Source of the DNA: an uncultured Verrucomicrobiae bacterium
Lineage (GTDB): Bacteria > Verrucomicrobiota > Verrucomicrobiia > Chthoniobacterales > JAFAMB01
Assembly: GCA_963762565.1 (NCBI GenBank)
Contig: CAVXLD010000003.1
Span: 896,001 to 960,000 of the forward strand
Direction of reading: 5' to 3'
DNA length: 64,000 nucleotides
Positions 60,343-64,000 of the stretch are shown in pieces (within the stretch, counting starts at the first letter, position 1; every line of letters begins with the position of its first letter). The notes under the pieces were generated by a model. It ran no database searches and was not told the DNA's origin. It worked only from the letters and a program-made list of their open reading frames with translations. The translations under genes and the position numbers were made by a program.

Positions 60343-62772
60343 ATGAACCTATTCCAAGATTTACGATTCGCTTTCAGACAGCTACGCCATGCTCCCGGCT
60401 TTACGTTTACGGCGGTCGTGATTCTGGCGTTGGGGATCGCCGCTAACGTGATCGTTTTTGGCGCTCTGCAGGGATTAATTCTACGACCGTTAAACGTGCC
60501 GCATCCGGATCAGGTGATGCAGCTGGCCCGAGAGACTAACGCCTATCCGATTTTCAGTTATCCGGAAGTACGCGATGTCCGTGACAATAACACGGTGTTT
60601 TCCGGGGTCGGCGCGGTTTCTATCTACAACGTAGGCCTGGAAGTGGATGGTGTCTCTCGACCGGTCTGGACCTATGAGGTGAGCGGGCAATACTTCGAAG
60701 TCACCGGCATCAACCCGTTCCTAGGCCGTCTACTGCAACCCGCTGATGATGTCCATCCCGGCGCTTCTGATGCGGTCGTGCTGAGCTGGCCGGCATGGAA
60801 AAGCTATTTCGGCGCTGATCCTAACATCATCGGTAAGAAGGTTCGTATTAACAAGCGATCTTATACCGTGGTTGGAGTTGCTCCCGAGGGTTTCTACGGG
60901 ACGGAGAAATTTTTTCAGCCTGATATTTTCTTGCCCCTGGCCAACAAAGGATCAACCGAGGGTGCCGATACGCTTGAAGATCGCCGCGTACGGAGCGAGA
61001 CAGCGATCGTACGTATCAAAGACGGCGCCGGCCTGCCGCAAGCGGAAGCCGAACTGAAGACGATCGTCGATCGGATAAAGCGGCAGTACCCGGCTGAGGA
61101 AGATGCTCTGGTACTGCGATTGGTTCGTCCTGGATTCGCCGGTGAGTTTCTGGGGGGACCAATAAACGGTTTTTTGACCGGGATGATGGTGCTAGCCGGG
61201 ATCGTGTTGTTAGCCGCCTGCGCGAATCTTGGCGGTTTATTCGCGTTGCGGACACTTGACCGCACCCGCGAGATTGCGATTCGTATCGCCATCGGATCTA
61301 GCCGGTGGCGCATTTTTCGGCAACTTTTGGTGGAGGCTTTGTTGATTTCAATCATCGCGGGCGCCTGCGCTTGCTTGCTGGCGTGGCTGGCGTTAACCGG
61401 GTTGGCTAACTGGCACCCGCCTACTCCATTTCCTTTCATGTTTCTGGTAGTACCCCAGCCGTCTTTGATAGCGGCGGCATTGCTGATTTCGATCGTGGCC
61501 GCGGTTCTATTCGGGCTCATGCCCTTGCGACAGATCTTCAAGACCGATCCGAATGAAGCGATTAAGACTACCGGTAGCCGAGCTTCTACCCGCCGGGGTT
61601 GGACGCGGGACCTGTTGTTAACGGCTCAAATCGCTCTTTGTTGTATCACAGTGACGGCTGCCTTTGTCTCGCTGCGCGGGCTGTCTAGAGCAATGAACAT
61701 GGACGTCGGATTCAATCCAGCTAACACCGTTAGGACCGAATTCGATTTGGGTTGGGCCGCTTACAATGGCGATGCGGCAGCACATTTCCAACGAGAATTG
61801 CTCGACCGCGTTTCTCGCCTTCCAGGCGTGCAAGCAGCCGGCTACACAAATGCTACCCCGCTGTCGCTCGAGGTGAACACGACCGCTATCTACTCGGATA
61901 CGACAACCGAGTTCAAGGACTCCAACATGATTGACAACGCCTTCATGTATAGTCTTTCACCCGGCTATTTGAGCGCCGCCGGAACAGCCTTGCTGGCCGG
62001 ACGTGACCTGAGCTTTCTCGACACTCCACAGACGTCGCCAGTTGCGGTTGTAAACCGCCAGTTCGCGCGCGAAGTGTTCCACTCCGAAGATGTTATCGGC
62101 CGCTATTTCAAACGCGCCGACGGTAAACCAATCCAGATCGTTGGCTTGGTAGCTGATGGAAGATATCTGACACTCAGCGAAGATCCGGCGGCAGCGGTGT
62201 TCTTGCCGATCTCGCAACAACCGCAAACCAGCACAGTTCTGATTGTGCGAACCCAGCCCGCCGATGCGAACACCGAAATGGCCGCCACGATTCGCAAAGT
62301 GATCCGGGAGCTCGACCCGGCTGTACCGATCCTTGTTTCCGGCTCGTGGACTAACCAACTGGGCCTTTCAATGTTTCCGTCTCAAATCGCGACCGTCGCC
62401 CTCAGTCTGTTTGGTGTTTTCGGTTTGCTGTTGTCGGTCACCGGAACTTTTAGTGTTGCTTCCTATACTGTCGGTAGACGGTTACGTGAGCTCAGCATTC
62501 GGGTTGCCCTCGGTGCACGCGGCAGACAAATTCTATGGGCTGCACTCGGCCGTATGCTGACGTTGCTGGCGTGCGGATCGGTCGTCGGGATTCTACTAGG
62601 GGTGGCCGGCAGCCAAATCCTCTCAGCCATTGTTTACCAAGCGTCGGCCCAAGACCCATTCGTGCTTTTAGCTGTGGCCGCAACGGTGCTCGTCACCGGA
62701 ATCTTGTCGGTCGCTAGCCCGGTGCGCCGAGCGCTGTATGTCGATCCAGCACGGTTACTCCGCGAGGAGTAG
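60343..62772 (+). CDS. Duplicated MacB/FtsX ABC permease (ADOP-like)
   Basis: QDLRFAFRQLRHAPGFT, LLAACANL, REIAIRIAIGS and RELSIRVALGA, VDP..LLREE. Confidence 0.93.
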   Translation: MNLFQDLRFAFRQLRHAPGFTFTAVVILALGIAANVIVFGALQGLILRPLNVPHPDQVMQLARETNAYPIFSYPEVRDVRDNNTVFSGVGAVSIYNVGLEVDGVSRPVWTYEVSGQYFEVTGINPFLGRLLQPADDVHPGASDAVVLSWPAWKSYFGADPNIIGKKVRINKRSYTVVGVAPEGFYGTEKFFQPDIFLPLANKGSTEGADTLEDRRVRSETAIVRIKDGAGLPQAEAELKTIVDRIKRQYPAEEDALVLRLVRPGFAGEFLGGPINGFLTGMMVLAGIVLLAACANLGGLFALRTLDRTREIAIRIAIGSSRWRIFRQLLVEALLISIIAGACACLLAWLALTGLANWHPPTPFPFMFLVVPQPSLIAAALLISIVAAVLFGLMPLRQIFKTDPNEAIKTTGSRASTRRGWTRDLLLTAQIALCCITVTAAFVSLRGLSRAMNMDVGFNPANTVRTEFDLGWAAYNGDAAAHFQRELLDRVSRLPGVQAAGYTNATPLSLEVNTTAIYSDTTTEFKDSNMIDNAFMYSLSPGYLSAAGTALLAGRDLSFLDTPQTSPVAVVNRQFAREVFHSEDVIGRYFKRADGKPIQIVGLVADGRYLTLSEDPAAAVFLPISQQPQTSTVLIVRTQPADANTEMAATIRKVIRELDPAVPILVSGSWTNQLGLSMFPSQIATVALSLFGVFGLLLSVTGTFSVASYTVGRRLRELSIRVALGARGRQILWAALGRMLTLLACGSVVGILLGVAGSQILSAIVYQASAQDPFVLLAVAATVLVTGILSVASPVRRALYVDPARLLREE

Positions 62773-62786
62773 GGTGGAGCGACACC

Positions 62787-63224
62787 GTGGAGCGTGCCTC
62801 GCTTGCGAGGCCGATGGAGAGCAGGGCGAATGGCGCGAAACATCCGAGACCCATCTGCGCTCTACCTCATATGATCTCGAACGCCGTTTCGGCGCGGGGG
62901 TGGCGTTCGCGTCCGTCAGATTTCAGGCCCAGCCATAGAGCACAGACGTCACCTCAAAAGTACCTCGCAATTTCTCTTTGTTCACCGTCGGCCTCGCGAG
63001 CGAGGCACGCTCCAGGGGTGGCGACCCCGTCGGCCTCGCAAGCGAGGCACGCTCCACGGGTGGCGACCCCGTCGGCCTCGCAAGCGAGGCACGCTCCACG
63101 GGTGGCGACCCCATCGGCCTCGCAAGCGAGGCACGCTCCACGGGTGGCGACCCCGTCGGCCTCGCAAGCGAGGCACGCTCCACGGGTGGCGACCCCGTCG
63201 GCCTCGCAAGCGAGGCAGCGCTCC
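62787..63224. repeat. REP-A element: one inverted copy plus 6x42-bp tandem array
   Basis: Inverted copy at 62787-62814; units start at 62987, 63029, 63071, 63113, 63155 and 63197 (last partial). Confidence 0.95.
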
Positions 63225-63361
63225 TCCGTAAGAGCCAGAGGCTTGTTCGCGCAACGTTTGCGGCCATTGAGACGCAAACCGGCGTTGTTGCCCGATTCTG
63301 TCGTTCATTGCGCTCCGACGACAAAACCAATCACAAGGATTTTGAGGGAGGAAAAGTAGAA

Positions 63362-63619
63362 ATGGACCCGATGAATAGCATTTGGTACTACACAGAGTTT
63401 CAACGGCAATTGGGGGAGCGATCATCGCCCCAAGACTTCGGAGAGACTCCGTCGAGCTCAGTTGAGCCACTCAGTCGAGGTGCTCTTGCCAAGCCGGATG
63501 TCCGGCCTGGCGGATCCCAAAGAGACTGGCTTATCGATCTCGGCCTGCCCGTCCTCGTATTTGTTGCAGTGATTTGCTTTGGCCTGCTTTGCTTTTTGTT
63601 TCCAACGTTTCTGAATTAG
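63362..63619 (+). CDS. Small hypothetical protein with C-terminal TM helix
   Basis: GGAGG upstream; in frame with the 42-bp array ORF 62978-63619. Confidence 0.5.
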   Translation: MDPMNSIWYYTEFQRQLGERSSPQDFGETPSSSVEPLSRGALAKPDVRPGGSQRDWLIDLGLPVLVFVAVICFGLLCFLFPTFLN

Positions 63620-63689
63620 GGTTTGACCCTTGTTCTGTTCGAGTGTTTGGGCAATCGGTACCGGGCATTTCCAGCTACCCACTACACCT

Positions 63690-64000
63690 ATGAATCTTCG
63701 TTTGACGCATTGCTTGATATTATTGAGTGCAACTCTCTGGCCAGGTCCCTGTGCGGTAATGGCGAAAGAGCCGCAGGTTGCGGTAGAGCAACTATTGCAA
63801 TCGACGAAATCCTGGGACGGAACGGTCTATAAAGGTTATCCGACTGGACAGCCTCAAGTGACGGTACTGCGGATCAAGATTCCGCCACACACATCGTTAC
63901 ATTGGCATTATCACCCAGTTATCAGCGTTGGCTACATTCTTTCCGGCCAACTCACCGTGGAAAAGAGGGAGACCGGTGAACACATAACGGTCCGGACTGG
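63690..64000 (+). CDS. Secreted cupin-domain protein (runs off the window end; absent from the ORF track)
   Basis: MNLRLTHCLILLSA...SWDGTVYKGYPTGQPQVTVLRIKIPPHTSLHWHYHPVISVGYILSGQLTV. Confidence 0.85.
   Translation, partial: MNLRLTHCLILLSATLWPGPCAVMAKEPQVAVEQLLQSTKSWDGTVYKGYPTGQPQVTVLRIKIPPHTSLHWHYHPVISVGYILSGQLTVEKRETGEHITVRT

Noticed and set aside
62987..63224. Possible CRISPR array
   Set aside because: The linkers are only ~13 nt and essentially identical, there are no cas genes, and the core is a dispersed REP.

Overview
This is a 64-kb bacterial accessory region. It is probably from a soil Verrucomicrobiota (Chthoniobacterales-like) genome, an inference from gene content, SD-poor leaders and repeat types. 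It has about 40 protein genes: a LacI + sugar-type ABC + ADP-ribosylglycohydrolase operon, MFS and ABC-F (Uup-like) genes, two divergent SDR/TetR pairs, a YVTN-phosphoesterase, a signal-peptide chorismate mutase, AmpC plus a second serine hydrolase, GH3, GH13, GlxA/DJ-1, DoxX, Nudix and a duplicated FtsX-type permease. A minus-strand cluster runs ECF sigma > Ser/Thr kinase-TPR > three secreted YVTN beta-propellers > a ~5.2-kb C39-peptidase/RHS gene. That RHS gene is broken by about five single-base indels, and its corrected C-terminus is a (GSGGNWGTNT)x7, G/N/Q-rich tail with no immunity gene behind it. Nearly every intergenic gap holds nested palindromic REP/REPIN/MITE-like elements from at least ten families. 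Some have entered coding sequence in frame, including a 5x42-bp array inside the ADP-ribosylglycohydrolase and an element in the ABC binding-protein signal region. Also present are several gene remnants, a 2-kb att-like islet with an orphan RfaH/NusG paralog, and two pairs of shared ECF-type promoter motifs. No rRNA, tRNA, CRISPR array, integrase or transposase was recognised. All calls are by eye; no database searches were run.
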